From contig OX597831.1 in assembly GCA_951406725.2 (NCBI GenBank), forward strand, positions 69,006,001 through 69,070,000: 64,000 nt of DNA. Direction: 5' to 3'. The stretch is from Octopus vulgaris. Lineage: Eukaryota. Made by a program: the position numbers and the translations under genes. Under the pieces are notes generated by a model, which did not search any database, had not been told where the DNA came from, and saw only the letters and a list, made by a program, of their open reading frames with translations. Shown one piece after another: positions 13,232 to 26,144 of the stretch (the stretch's first letter is position 1; every line of letters starts with the position of its first letter).

Positions 13232-13929
13232 TTGGCTGCTACTTTTTTGCTTCCCTCGACAGGAGAATATATTCTGACTGAATGGTTAGCTTTTAGTTCT
13301 TTTGTGTAACTGTGTGTTTGATGTAGTTCTAAAAATATCCCAAAACTGACTTTTTGATCCTACTGGTCAAAGGAAGAATCTGCTGCCAAGAAACTGGGTC
13401 ATGTAACTATTCCACAACACTTATTGGTTTATTTGATAAACGCTTTAATCATTGTTTATAGCAAGTTGATGCAGGTTGTTTATCCGACCCCTTCCAACTC
13501 TTAATTCTAGCAACTGAAAAAAACCCACATTATCTTGGGGATGACCCAATCTATACTATAATGGAGAAAACTGCTTATTAATTAGATATGTAATAATTAC
13601 TAAAAGAAAGCAATTATTAAAGGGTTGACTGTCTGGAAATATTTTTATAAATATTTTTATAAATTTCTAAGAAATTGCCTATAATTTTGACTTCTGAAGT
13701 TTATTGAATGTTTTTAACTCCAAATTCTCACAAATTTAAATATTCATTGCATTCACTGTGTCCTATTCTTCATGAATTTAAATATTCATTGCATTTACTG
13801 CGGAGTAGATTTTAATGTTGAATAATAAACACTGTTAATTCATTGCAGGCAACATTTTACATTTTTATTTGCAACAGTCTCTCATTCTCATTAACCCCTA
13901 TTTTCATTAATGATAATTTAATAATAGCT

Positions 13930-14190
13930 ATATAATTATGATACGAGACACAATTTCAAGAATATTACCAATTTCTGGACGATGCTAAATGAATATTTTT
14001 GATAAAATGAGAATTTTTTAATATACCGGTATAATTTTAAAGTGATTTTCTGTTGAATGAATGCATGCTATTACACAAAATAGCTGTATAACTTTGATAT
14101 GAGGCACAATTTCAAGAATATTATCAGTTTCCAGAGTTTATTAAATGAATATTTTTGATAAAATGAAAGTTCTTTAATATACCGGTAAAT
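13930..14190. repeat. diverged direct repeat, about 100-bp units, period about 158 bp
   Basis: cacaatttcaagaatatta...taaatgaatatttttgataaaatga...taatataccggta occurs twice. Confidence 0.8.
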
Positions 14191-14584
14191 TTTTTTTTCT
14201 AATGAAGAAGTGATTTTGTTGGTGTGGCTACTTGAAACGATATAAGCCTTACAATAACATTTATGTAATCGATGTTATTTCTAGATTGCTAAAAAAGACA
14301 GTTTTTAATGAACTTTCATTTATATATAAAATGTGACTGAAAAAGAAAATTTAGCAGTAAAGGCACAATGGCAGAGAGAAAGACAGACAACTGAGTCAGA
14401 TGCAACCAAACCAAAGTGAGTGAAACAGATGCCTGAATATGCATGGAGACATAAACATGATTCTGTTTCTGCTACACATGACCGACTGGTTAGGGTATCT
14501 TGAAAAGAGAATATTCTACTTCAAAATAATGGGGTCAGATCACAGATTGTTGATGCAACACTAAAGAGATCTTTACTTTAAATA

Positions 14585-14980
14585 GTGGTGGCTGTGTGGT
14601 AAGTAGCTTGTTTACCAACCACATGGTTCCAGGTTCAGTCCCACTGTGTGGCACCTTGGGCAAGTGTCTTCTACTATAGCCTCGGGCCGACCAAAGCCTT
14701 GTCAGTGGATTTGGTAGACGGAAACTGAAAGAAGCCCGTCATATATATATGTATATATATATATGTTTGTGTGTCTGTGTTTGTCCCCCTAGCATTGCTT
14801 GACAACTGATGCTGGTGTGTTTATGTCCCCGTTACTTAGCTGTTCGGCAAAAGAAACCGATAGAATAAGTACTGGGCTTACAAAAGAATAAGTCCCGGGG
14901 TTGAGTTGCTCAATTAAAGGCAGTGCTCCAGCATGGCCACAGTCAAATGACTGAAACAAGTAAAAGAGTAAAAGAGAGTA
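14585..14980 (+). mobile_element. SINE family A inserted in the Helitron
   Basis: Same family as 11237-11646. Confidence 0.9.
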
Positions 14981-15509
14981 AAGTGGCATTGACAACCAAG
15001 AAGGTCATTCTGATGAAAGTGAGTTTGCTAATTACCTTCAAAATCAAACTACCCAATGCCTTTGCCTTAAAAGTGTTACTCTTTCAGATCTATGTGATTT
15101 TGTATATGTAGACCTCAAAAATAACTTCACAAACCCTGTGTGGCTTGCAAATAGAACCATAGTTACTCCAACAAATGAAGCAGCACAATTTGTGAATGAT
15201 TTTCTGTTGACCAGGATTCCTGGTGAGCTAAAACTATACAGAAACTCAGATACAGTTAATAATGGAACTCTGTAACCAATCAAGTTCATCAACAAATTTA
15301 CACCATTAGAGTTTCCACCACACATTCTCAAACTGAAGAAAAATTATGCATAATGCTTCTGAGAAATTTAGATGCTACTAATGGATATCCTTGTCATTTA
15401 CATGATCAGGTTATTGAGGTTGAGGTTGAGATTGCTTCTGGTCCTTATGCAGGATCAACTCTGCTAATCCTAAGAATACCACATGTATCTCAAGAAATGG
15501 AATTTCCAT

Positions 15510-15687
15510 TCACGGCACATAAAAAGCACCCACTACACTCATGGAGTGGTTGGCGTTAGGAAGGTCATCCAGCTGTAGAAACACTGCCAGATCAGGCTGG
15601 AGCCTGGTGCAGCCTCCTAGCTTCCCAGACCCCGGTCGAACTGTCCAACCCGTGCTAGCACAGAAAATGGATGTTAAACGATGATGA
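15510..15687 (+). mobile_element. RTE 3' end inserted in the Helitron helicase
   Basis: Interrupts FPF|TCKQF; ends gttaaacgatgatga. Confidence 0.85.
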
Positions 15688-15857
15688 TTTACCTGCAAAC
15701 AATTTCATGTGAAGCAAGCATTTGTCTTGACCTGCATCAAGGCCCAGGGACAGACTTTTGAACAAATTGGAATCTATCTTCTGACACAATTCTTCTCACA
15801 TGGTCAGTTGTATGTTGCATTATCTAGAGTTCAAAAGAAGCCTAATGTAAAAATATT

Positions 15858-16253
15858 CTTTTCTATTCTAGGCAAAAGGCCCAAAATTTTTGGGAAGGGT
15901 GGCAGAGTCGATTAGATCAACCCCAATATGCAACTAGTACTTAATTTATCAACCCTGAAAGGATGAAAGACAAAGTCGACCTTGGTGGAATTTGAACTCA
16001 GAACATAATGACAGATGAAATACCTATTTCTTTACTACCCACAAGGGGCTAAACACAGAGAAGACAAGCAAGGTCAGACAAATTGATTAAGTCGATTATA
16101 TCGACCCCAGTAACTGATACTCTTTTAATCGACCCCGAAAGGATGAAAGACAAAGTCGACCTCGGTGGAATTTGAACTCAGAACGTAATGGCAGACGAAA
16201 TACTGCAAGGCATTTCACCCAGCCTGCTAACGTTTCTGCCAGCTCGCTGCATT
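15858..16253 (-). mobile_element. SINE family B (internally duplicated) with 16-bp TSD
   Basis: TSD ctaatgtaaaaatatt at 15842-15857 and 16254-16269; B-box gagttcaaattcc; central aggtcgactttg.ctttcatcctttcggggtcgat domain. Confidence 0.9.
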
Positions 16254-16950
16254 CTAATGTAAAAATATTGGCTGAGAGAAATAAAAACTGACAATTGTAT
16301 CTACATGCTTTCTAGTAAGTTTCAGTAAATAGAATTAACACATAAATTACATATATAAAGTAACATATTTGTGTGGAATTAAATTGTTTTGGCATATTTC
16401 AGCACATGCCGAATGAAGGATATCGTTATATTAGACCATTTTAAATTTGAATATATTTGAAAAAGTGAGGCAACGTCATTATCATGTGTTTTCACGGCAC
16501 CAAACTTGTGTGTGTGTGTGTGTGTGCGTGTGTGAGTGTGTGTGAGTGCATGTGTGTGTGTGAGTGTGTGTGTGTGTATCCCTCTTTCCATCTATCTATC
16601 TATCTATCTATGCACACCTATGTAAGTTCTACCAATTATTAATGATAAATATATATAGCAGATTGACTCTTTACAAAAGAGAGATTATGACTGATAAAAT
16701 AATGAAAGCAATATTTACTAAGCAAGTGAGCACTATTATACAAAGGAATAATTAGACGTAAAATATCATAAAATTATTAGAATTGGGAAACAAATATGGA
16801 AATATTATTGAGTGACTAGCAGAAAATCGTGTGGAGGGTGGTCTTTCTGCTATTATATATAATGTGTTTTATTTAGGTACATAAATGTTTTCTTCAACAC
16901 CACTGTTAGATACATCATGGGAATATCTCTTCTGAAAATAAAGAAATTAG

Positions 16951-17377
16951 GGATCTTTGCAGTTTGAACGGCAGTTTTTAACATAATTTCTAGGTAACTA
17001 AAAAATTCTAAACTTCGTATATTGGTAGAATGTATTTATAAAACATCTTTTTCTCTTGGCTTTATTGAGAAAATTCTATAGTTTGTAAGATATTTGTTGT
17101 TTTTTTTCTTCAATTTCTGCAATTTCAACCAATCAGTGATGTCTATTGAGGTAAAAACATTCTGTGCCGTATTAATATGTCCCTTGTTTAAGAAACAGAT
17201 TGGGTTTATTTACATTTGTGAAGAAAAAAAGATACCCTTCCCCCACCCCTAACCCTAACCATAACCCTAACCCTAAAACAGATTGAAATGCAATAGATCA
17301 ATACTAGGGTCATCATTATGGGTGACAATTTCATATGACACCGCTAGAAAAAACTGCCGTTCAAAGCGAAAAGATCC
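16951..17377. mobile_element. MITE with about 29-bp TIRs, 8-bp TSD and internal (CCCTAA)n
   Basis: ggatctttgcagtttgaacggcagttttt / aaaaactgccgttcaaagcgaaaagatcc; TSD gaaattag/gaaattat. Confidence 0.92.
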
Positions 17378-17628
17378 GAAATTATAATTAATATTTTGAT
17401 GGTGAGTATAGTGGGTTGGAAGAACTTGGAAGGGCTTCAAATGAAATGGTTTGCATTATTGATTTCCCCTCTTTTCATTCCAAATTCGAATCCTCTGTAG
17501 GTCAACACTATCTTTAAACCTTCTAGTGTAGATAAATCAAAATACTATTAAAATACTAGGTTTAATTTAAGATGCTGTTGTTCTGTAGTAGGTTCCAGTG
17601 TTTCGTATGGTGCTATAGAGTTTAAATC

Positions 17629-17631
<3 letters not shown>

Positions 17632-17704
<73 letters not shown>
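17632..17704. repeat. (CA)n microsatellite
   Basis: Direct reading. Confidence 0.95.
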
Positions 17705-17705
<1 letters not shown>

Positions 17706-18277
17706 ACATCCAAGGTATAAATAAAAAGAAAAAAGATTATTATTATTACTCTGGTGTCACAATTGCGTCACTTGTAATTTCAAAATATAACGTCAGCTTA
17801 AAATTTTGTCTAATGACTCAATATTGTATCAATGATAGCTGATGAAATTAAAGTAAACAGTTTGTGTAATATTAAAAAACTTAATATTAAATTTCTCGTA
17901 TGATGATTTGAAAATTTCATTTGTATTTCAGTTAACAAACGGCAAAGATTTAGAAAAAATCTCATTTGTCATGTAAAATAAATAGATTAAAAAAAGGTCG
18001 ATATATCTGATGTATGTTATATATTTGTTATATTTTCCATATCAGAAAAGTATTAAAGAGGTATGAGGAAAAAAATAAATGAATGCAAACAGTATTAATA
18101 AGAATTTCATAAAGACATACCTGTCTAAGGATGTAGTGTTAGAAAGGTGAAAACTACGCTTTCTAATAGATGTCCTCAGTTTAATGTCAAAACACTTTTG
18201 TTGTGGTTTTGTTTTTGTATTCTATCAAATTTATGCTGAAGAAAATTATCATGAAATATAATTCATGCTTACTATTT

Positions 18278-18305
18278 TACACACACACAAACACATGCAC
18301 ACGCA

Positions 18306-18351
<46 letters not shown>

Positions 18352-18410
18352 CACACACACAAACACACGCACACACAAACACACACACACACACAAAGAC
18401 ACACACACAG
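18278..18410. repeat. degenerate (CA)n microsatellite
   Basis: Direct reading. Confidence 0.95.
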
Positions 18411-18569
18411 TTGCCTTACCAGAAATACAGCACAAAACCAAACTGCATCTCATCTTGGCTAACTCTCTCCCTAATTAGTTGGGCTATGACCCTCTCCATA
18501 ATTTTCATCAGCTGATGCAACGATTTGATACCTCGGTAATTATTTCTATCTAATATATCTAATATCTTT

Positions 18570-18965
18570 ACCTTTGTAGCAATTGATTATGGTGCTGCTA
18601 TACTAGTCATTGGGTATGACTCCTTCATGAATCACCTGATTTACAATATGAGTAACTAGACCATAACCCACACCACCGAATATTTTAAGCATCTCAGCAG
18701 TTATTCCCAATGGGCCGGGGGGCTTTTCTTGTCTTCATGTCCTTAATTACTTTATCTACCAGTGTACTGTTAATTCAGGGAGCTGGTCCCTCAATTAAGT
18801 CAACATTTGGTAGACTCTCTTCCTCCCATTTGTTCGCTACATTCAGTAGTCTTTCATAATGGCTTCTCCAAGCCTCTTTCTTTTCAGAATCACTAAATGC
18901 AAGTGCACCATCATCCATGCAGACACATTTCTCTCCTTAGGCATCTCAATTTTCTCTCACTCACT
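18570..18965 (-). mobile_element. RTE LINE internal fragment
   Basis: Reverse complement matches 32150-32580 (AWRSHYERLLNVANKWEEESLPNVD). Confidence 0.8.
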
Positions 18966-21299
18966 GATAGGAAATATAGTTACAAATAAGAAGAATGTAT
19001 TCATGTATTCAACTTTTTAATTCAAGTGAAATTGCTGGGACTGATGTCACCCAGTGAATTAACTCATGAGTCCCTCCGCCCAAAGTTTTCTTCCTGTTCC
19101 ACTCCATACAGAATCCTTAGCAATGTTTTTGAACTACTATTACTCATAAATGCAAGCATATAATATAGCAATAATACCATTTCCCTAAGCTGTCCAGAAT
19201 TAGACATCTTGGCTATGAATGCAATACAGTACAAATGGCAGGATGTGGACCAGTAACATTGTTTGTGATTACCTGATATTTTAAATCTATATAGACAATA
19301 TAAATTATACATAAATCTTTATTCTGTTATCTCATTGAAGAAGAGATAAAATGTGTAAGCATTTAAGTTCATGCATTAAGATCATAGGTCTTGAGCTCAA
19401 ATTTAGTATAGTAATTTTGATGTCTGTTGGTAAAAATAGTTAATTCTCAATTCATCTAGTTGTCAGGACTAATTGTCTGATTTGATAGCTATTATAAACT
19501 ACTTTCCTTTTCAACAGTTATCTATATTCTACTTGGTACTATAAAAACGGAGCTCAGCACAAATCCTTGAATAATCTTCAAAGTTCTTGGAGATATTTAA
19601 ACTTATCTTCCTTGAGTCACATTTCAGAATTTTAGAGAAAGAAAATATTTTGTTATCAGCCATTGGGTTGAAAATTACTATCTTTTATTTAAATGGAATG
19701 AAATAAATAAATAAAGTTTTTTTTTCGTTAGTTTTCATTCTGTATTGTTAAATATTTCAGAAAGTCAACATCGTTTCAGACAAATGTCTAAATTTTCTAA
19801 ATTCTATTTACCAAATGATATTGATTTGCTTTCTTCCTTTTGAAAGTTTTTTCTATTTAGCAACATAACAATGTATTGTATGAATGTGAGGCTTGAATAA
19901 AACTTTGTTGATGATATTAATTGAATTTTAGTTGATAAAACTTCACAAACAGGCTCTTCTTTACAAAGATCTGTTTAGTAAAAATACCATTGTTTAATTT
20001 ATTCGATTTTTGAAATGTTTGTCTTCATATCAATATGAAATAAGAACAAAGCTTACATGAATACTTCTTTGAAATCTTAACTACTTATTTTAAAATAAGG
20101 TGTAAGTTTGAAACTTTATCTGAAAAATAGTATAATACAACATATGTTTACATATTAAATTTCTTTAGAAAAATAGGCAAGAAAGAAACAGTTTCACCTT
20201 ACTGTTTATCATTTCTTGTGTTGCCATGTTTCTGAAGTTTGAATTTAATTATCGAGGGATTCTTTGAAACTGTATTGAAACATAGTCGAAGCTGTATGTA
20301 TGCATTTTCTATTTGTATGTAACTAACACAAGTTAAAACATTAACTATATCAACAGAATTGTTGTTTACAGGACAATGAAAAATGTAAACTTATTTAGAC
20401 TGAACCATATTAAGAATGTTATCCTTAATTATACATTCTTCACAATTTTCCAGTGTCTTTATTTTAAATTGCCTTATCAATGAATAATTTTCATACAAAA
20501 ACCATATTCTGTCAAAACATTTTAAGATTTGGTAGTTGTGTTTCAATCTATGCTTCATTGAGGAGGTCCAATACGACTGAAACATGTCCAAAGTATTCAC
20601 ACTTATCAGAATCACTATCCATTAGTTATTTTCATTTGATTATTAATCAGTATAATTTCCCTCACTTGTAATAAATGCTAAGGAATTTTATTCTCATTCC
20701 AGGTATAATGTAAATAAAGTAAAAGATTTCTTTTGGAATAAGTTAACCAGCACTTAACTATATGTTCTTCATACAGATTACATCCCTAACAAATTTTCCA
20801 ATATTATTATTGAACAGTTTAGAATTTGATTAACTTTTAACTAAAGTTCCGACTTTAACAAAGAATCAAAGAAATCTAGAAGAATTCAAGTTATAGATTA
20901 CTTTTATTCCTTTGTAATTTTGATTCAGCTGAGATTCTAAAGATTTAAATGCATTGTTTGGAATATTTCAAAACTGATACCATAATGAAATAAAATGAAC
21001 AATGATTTCAGGAAACCTTTTCTTTATAATGTTTGTAACGTCAGATTTGTTTGGATTATTTTAAATTGTTTAGCAATATACAAGTGAAAGTGCATGGCAT
21101 ACAATCATAAGATTGTAGGTTCTGTTTTTCGTCCAAGACATGAAGTGTATTTCTTAGTAAGGTACATCATTTCATGTTGCTCCAGTCAACTTCGTTGTAA
21201 ATGAGTATTACCTTGGTGCTTGTCCAGCTTTCTTTTCCTCTAGCTGTCATATCCTTCCAGATGTGCCACAGTCTCAAAGGTAAGAAGACCAAGAAGATG

Positions 21300-21700
21300 C
21301 ATTGAGAACATTCGTTTCACCCCTCCCTTCTCTGAAGTCATCATCCTCACTGACTTCAATGCCCACAACTCCTTATGGCTATCACATTCATTTGGCTATT
21401 GGAGCCAAAGCTAAATCCTTTGCTTTTCTCAACTCTTTACACAGATACCAAACCATCCGACAGACTTTCCAAACACTCTTGATCTCTTTTTATATCTCTA
21501 AAGCTAAGACTTAAATGGTAACCTTCTTTGCCCATATTGGACATCTGATCACTGCCTTGTTATAAATACTCAACATACAATCACATAAAACACAACATTC
21601 CCATCCCTTTAGACCCTGTTGTCAGTTAACTGGTCAGATTTCCATCAGTTTCATACCATTTACACCTCAGACAGCAAATGTGATTCATGCTTGACTGATC
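21300..21700 (+). mobile_element. LINE APE-endonuclease relic
   Basis: LTDFNAHNSLW, NTLDLF and IGTSDHCL motifs across frames. Confidence 0.7.
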
Positions 21701-21789
21701 AAAGCCATCTAAACAGGCAACTGAAACCATCCTTTTAGACAAGTCTATACCCCATCCCCCATAACAAAAGCCTAATGTCAATATCCCAA

Positions 21790-22460
21790 GTCACGCTAAT
21801 GGATATGAAAAGTGGAACGGCTATTGGGAGGTAACTGCAGATTTACCTGGGTGCCAGGTTTTCTTTCCTATCCCAGTTACGAAAACCAGATATTTTGATG
21901 TGGTTTGAAAGAAAGAAAGTTGTAAATATAGTCGAGCTAACGGTTCCTCATGAAGATAATATGGACGCCGCTCGGGCTCGAAAATTGAACCGTTATGAAA
22001 ACCTCCTCGAGGAATGTGAAGACGCAGGCTGGAAAGCGGAACATTTTCCTATCGAAGTCGGATGTAGAGGGTTTGTTGGACACAGCGTGAGACGACTGTT
22101 GTTATCGCTAGGCCTAACTCATCGTAAAGTCAATACCACCATGACTGATATCCAATCTACAGTGGAGAAGGCTAGCCACTGGATTTGATTAAAAAGAGAT
22201 GATGAGCGATGGCTAGAAGGATATTGAGCTTTATTTGATAACCAGCTGATCTAGCAAGCGGGGACTCATATCAGTGAGGGGGGCTGGTGCGCATTGATGC
22301 TGTCGAGAGGTAGGCCCCGAAACGGCGCGCATTCTCTCCTGATGACCCCATACACTTGCTAGCTTCCGGTATACAGAGCTTTTGACTGGTAGCACTTGCA
22401 TGTGCAAGTTGTTTGCAAGACATCGTACTGCAGTTGTTTGGGATAAAAATAACAGGATCT
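21790..22460 (+). mobile_element. 3' end of a HERO-like (R2 group) non-LTR retrotransposon with restriction-like endonuclease
   Basis: PDILMWFERKKVVNIVELTVPHEDN...RK..Y...GWKAEHFPIEVGCRGF...EKASHWI*LKRD; GC-richer structured 3' UTR. Confidence 0.85.
22286..22353 (+). ncRNA. rearranged (pseudoknotted) hammerhead-like motif in the HERO 3' UTR
   Basis: GCUGU-C-GAGAG...GAA-ACGGC...CUCUC-CUGAUGA: stems I and III pair around GUC; stem II is poor. Confidence 0.55.
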
Positions 22461-22469
22461 AAAATGCCT

Positions 22470-23520
22470 GAAGAATTTCACCAAGTTAAAACTGGGTGAT
22501 TTGCCCAGTAGTGCGAATCTTCTAGAGCCAGACAGCCAGATTTTTCAGCCTACACATGGTAATGTAGGCCAAATCCAAATTATTCCAGATGAAGATATGG
22601 ATGATGCCAAACTCAGATCTGACAGACTTTGGTTTGTGGACAGAATTGTCATATGAGGAAGTATTCCATTGAGTAGTGTGTGAGGCAGGAGAGGGAACTT
22701 TTAAACTCGGTGTTGTTGCAGCCTATTTTAAATTCCAAGCAAGTGTACAAAAAGTAGTCTAGCTTTTATACAATTAACAAAAGTCAATGTATAATTATAA
22801 AGCAAAGAGTGAATCGTGCAATTTCCTTCAAAAACCAATGTCATTGCATTGTTTGTAAATTTTTTGAAGACTTGCTTCTTTTAATACAGTTTTGGTTTCT
22901 GAAGGATTTGATAATTAGCAAAACTTCTATCTTATTCAAACTCATAAACACTCAGATAAAGTACAAGAATGCCATACTGATTTACTGAAGAGGAAAATAA
23001 ATGTAAACAACAGCTTCAAAGCAATAGAAACAAATAAAGTAGAATGGTAGTACTGGTGGCTTGTCATGGGGAGAATTATCACTGTAATTTCCATTCTTGC
23101 AGAAACAGGCTTACCTTTCAGAGAAGTTAACAATCTTTTAGAACTGGGAGCAAAATTTGATCTGTTCTATGGGTTTGTATTAATGGATATGAGAATTTGT
23201 CAAAAACTGTTTTTGAAGAAATGATTCAACTCAAAGCGAAAAAAAAAAAAGTTAAGGATATTATTCTGGCAGAGAGGTAAATGGTACTTGCACTTGTACA
23301 TGAAACTAAGCCTTAAGCCTACAGATGGGCACTCTCAGACCTTTATCAAATTATATACATGAAAAGTTCAGATGGCCTTCCCTAATGTGGAAAGCAATCT
23401 TGCAGCCATTTCTCAGCTTAAGTATAACTAATTGACCAAGAAAAGGTCTTTTCATGACCTCAATCCCTTTGAGTATTGAAAATAGTAAGCTTAGATAAAT
23501 TTTGATGAACTTTTGTTATG
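22470..23520 (+). mobile_element. internally deleted hAT (ZMYM1-like) transposase relic
   Basis: YWWLVMGRIITVISILAETGLPFR...NNLLELGAKFD, then hATC-like FPNVE...LSIEN...INFDEL. Confidence 0.65.
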
Positions 23521-23521
23521 A

Positions 23522-23718
23522 ATCATCATCATCGTTTAGCGTCCACTTTCCATGCTAGCATGGGTTGGACGGTTCAACTGGGGTCTGGGAAGCCAGAAGG
23601 CTGCACCAGGCCCAGTCTGATCTGGCAATGTTTCTACGGCTGGATGCCCTTCCTAACACCAACCACTCCGTGAGTGTAGTGGGTGCTTTTTACGTGCCAC
23701 CGGCAGGTGAGGCTGGTA
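23522..23718 (-). mobile_element. RTE LINE 3' end
   Basis: (CAT)n tail plus conserved 3' UTR. Confidence 0.85.
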
Positions 23719-24070
23719 AAAAATAAAAATTTTACTCTTAGCAATTTGATGATTGTAGTGTCTGTTTCTTAACATCTATTCTAAAATTGTCTGTTACATT
23801 GCCACTGGCAGGTAGTCGTGATCAATATATTAATACTCAAGCAATTAAATTTGTAAACACAAGATTTTTGTAAAGAATAGCAGTACACTTAAAATTTCAT
23901 TTTCCTAAAACTTCTTGCTTATTCAGCAAAATGTTTAAAAAGTTCAGTTATTCAAAAAGTTTTCACTGTTACTTTTAACATTTGTACAATTTTTCAATCA
24001 CTTTTTATATTCAATAATAACATCCTATGTCCTTTAGAGGAAGAGTTGAGAATTGTAGATATTTACTCAC

Positions 24071-24334
24071 CTGTCAACATCCTTGGCTTTTCTCAATTTT
24101 GTTTAAAAACACCTTTCCATCTTCTTTGAGTCAGGAAGTTAGGAGAGTGGGAAGTATCTCACTAGTGGAATAGCCATGGGCTTTGCTAAATCTGGCACTG
24201 CTCTCTTGATATCTATATTCACACTAGCAAGTGATACTTTTTCAAATGTTAGATCTATTGTTTCTTTTTCTTTTAATCTTACATATGGAATGTTCAACTG
24301 AACAGCAGCACTTCCTTGACTCCTTTGTGCATAC
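24071..24334 (-). CDS. candidate exon of an unidentified host gene: 64 codons, stop at 24139-24141, then a donor
   Basis: AG at 24335-6; open frame YAQRSQGSAAVQLNIPYVRLKEKETIDLTFEKVSLASVNIDIKRAVPDLAKPMAIPLVRYFPLS*; consensus donor CAG|GTGAGT at 24071/24070; weak polypyrimidine tract; no family recognised. Confidence 0.4.
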
Positions 24335-24382
24335 CTACTTTTACATGTAAATATAAATCTATTATTTCATATTTATTCATAC

Positions 24383-24723
24383 CTATTGAATATTTGGGCT
24401 GTAGGTGAATATTTAAACATCTCTCATCATCATGATAGAAATCATCATCCTCATCATCATCATTGTTTAGCGTCCGCTTTCCATGCTGGCATGGGTTGGA
24501 CGGTTCAACTGGGGTCTGGGAAGCCAGGAGGCTGCACCAGTTTCTACGGCTGGATCAGACTGGGCCTGGTGCAGCCTTCTAGCTTCCCAGACCCCAGTTG
24601 AACCGTCCAACCCATGCCAGCATGGAAAGCGGACGCTAAACGATGATGATGATGATGATGATGATTTCTATCATGATGATGAGAGATGTTTAAATATTCA
24701 CCTACAGCCAAAATATTCAATAG
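24383..24723. repeat. fold-back: 158-bp arms, 25-nt spacer
   Basis: 24383-24540 is the reverse complement of 24566-24723 with few mismatches; each arm is unique flank plus RTE 3' end. Confidence 0.95.
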
Positions 24724-24901
24724 AAAGCATAGTGCAAATAAATTTTAAAACCACAATTCCACAAGCGGAAGCAGAACTATGACTGACATTCTTCTTTGCA
24801 TTCAAAGACCTTAATAATAATGATTGATGAAGTAGGGTAGTAAATGGAAGAATAGCAAGTATATTTATATGCAAATTTTTATAACAGTTTCGTAGCATTA
24901 A

Positions 24902-25122
24902 CCCTTTTGTTACTAACCTGGCCAAAACCGGCTCTGGCTCTGTGGTAAAATGTCTTGTTTTCATAAGTTATTGAATTAAAATATTCCACCAAGCCTTAGT
25001 CACAATTTATGTTCCTAACACTAGCTTAGTAATAACTAAGTTACTTTACTAAATTCTTTGTTATATTTAAAATAATTAAAAGAAACACAGAGCATCTCAA
25101 AATAAATACAGTAACGAAAGGG
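24902..25122. mobile_element. piggyBac-like MITE
   Basis: TTAA on both sides; TIR cccttttgttac / gtaacgaaaggg; second copy at 58636-58856. Confidence 0.88.
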
Positions 25123-25476
25123 TTAATTCAGCCACCGTGCTGCCAGCTTAACAAATCAACACTATCTGCTGCACCAACTCAACACACACTTTAAGCACTA
25201 ACAAAACCATTGTCACCGCCACACCTGCTATATACCATGATCTGCATTGCTATAGTGAGCACTATTGTTGCTTTACCCTTAGTAGTGATTATATTCACTA
25301 CCTTAATAATATCAACCGTGTAGAGGTTAATGTGAAAATTTTAATAACATCAGAGTAGTTGACACTAATAAATGTATTGCTTTAACACATTTTAAATAAA
25401 GTGATTAGAGTAAACTAATTTTGGTAATAATAACTTTCATTTATACATTTATGTTTAGCTTCTTACATACACACAA

Positions 25477-25523
<47 letters not shown>

Positions 25524-26089
25524 ATATCTAGACCAAAAGTGTGAAATATAATTAATTTAATAAAATTAATAAACTTCACCTAGTAGTTTTATCGGTATGG
25601 AAAAGACCATATTTGGTAAGGATTATATTAATTATAATAAAGGTTTAATTGCAACAAGTTGCTCAAAACCACATACCGAAAATATTAGAAATGGCAGCCA
25701 AATAGATCACCATTTCTCCTACTAGTAAAAAAGTCTCCACAAGCAAACAGAATTTGCAACCCGTATATGGTAAAGAGAAAGAAAATAACAAAATCCCAGC
25801 CTATTGGATTAATTATAGATGAAATCGTTTCTAGATTAGAACCAGAAGTTCATTTCCTTGTCAATATAATATTTTCTATAAATCTAGAAATGCTAGGAAA
25901 AAGCTCACCCATTACACCAGCTCGATCAGGCGACATCGAATGATCTAACGGTCTGCCAGCATCTCTACATTTATATAGACAGGCGAATTCGTATCTCCCT
26001 CCAAAATTACCACGTGAGTTACAAAAACATTACCAACGAAACGAAGTTTCACAGATTTATTGTATGGGAGTAATAGTATACAATATACA

Positions 26090-26144
<55 letters not shown>

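Larger units (their letters stand above)
14400..16320 (+). mobile_element. Helitron relic (PIF1-like helicase C-terminal half) split by three insertions
   Basis: RSQIVDATLKRS, WLANRTIVTPTNEAAQFVND, FPPHILKLK, MLLRNLD, LILRIP, KAQGQTFEQIGIYL...FSHGQLYVALSRV. Confidence 0.9.

Noticed and set aside
15353-15915. Cellular PIF1 helicase gene
   Set aside because: Intronless, disrupted by stops and insertions, and Helitron-type in its motifs
17247-17276. True telomere or chromosome-fusion scar
   Set aside because: Short tract internal to a multi-copy MITE
25575-25700. Another rearranged hammerhead (ggtatg/catacc and tggttt/aaacta pairings on the minus strand)
   Set aside because: No acceptable NUH triplet or GAAA box in register
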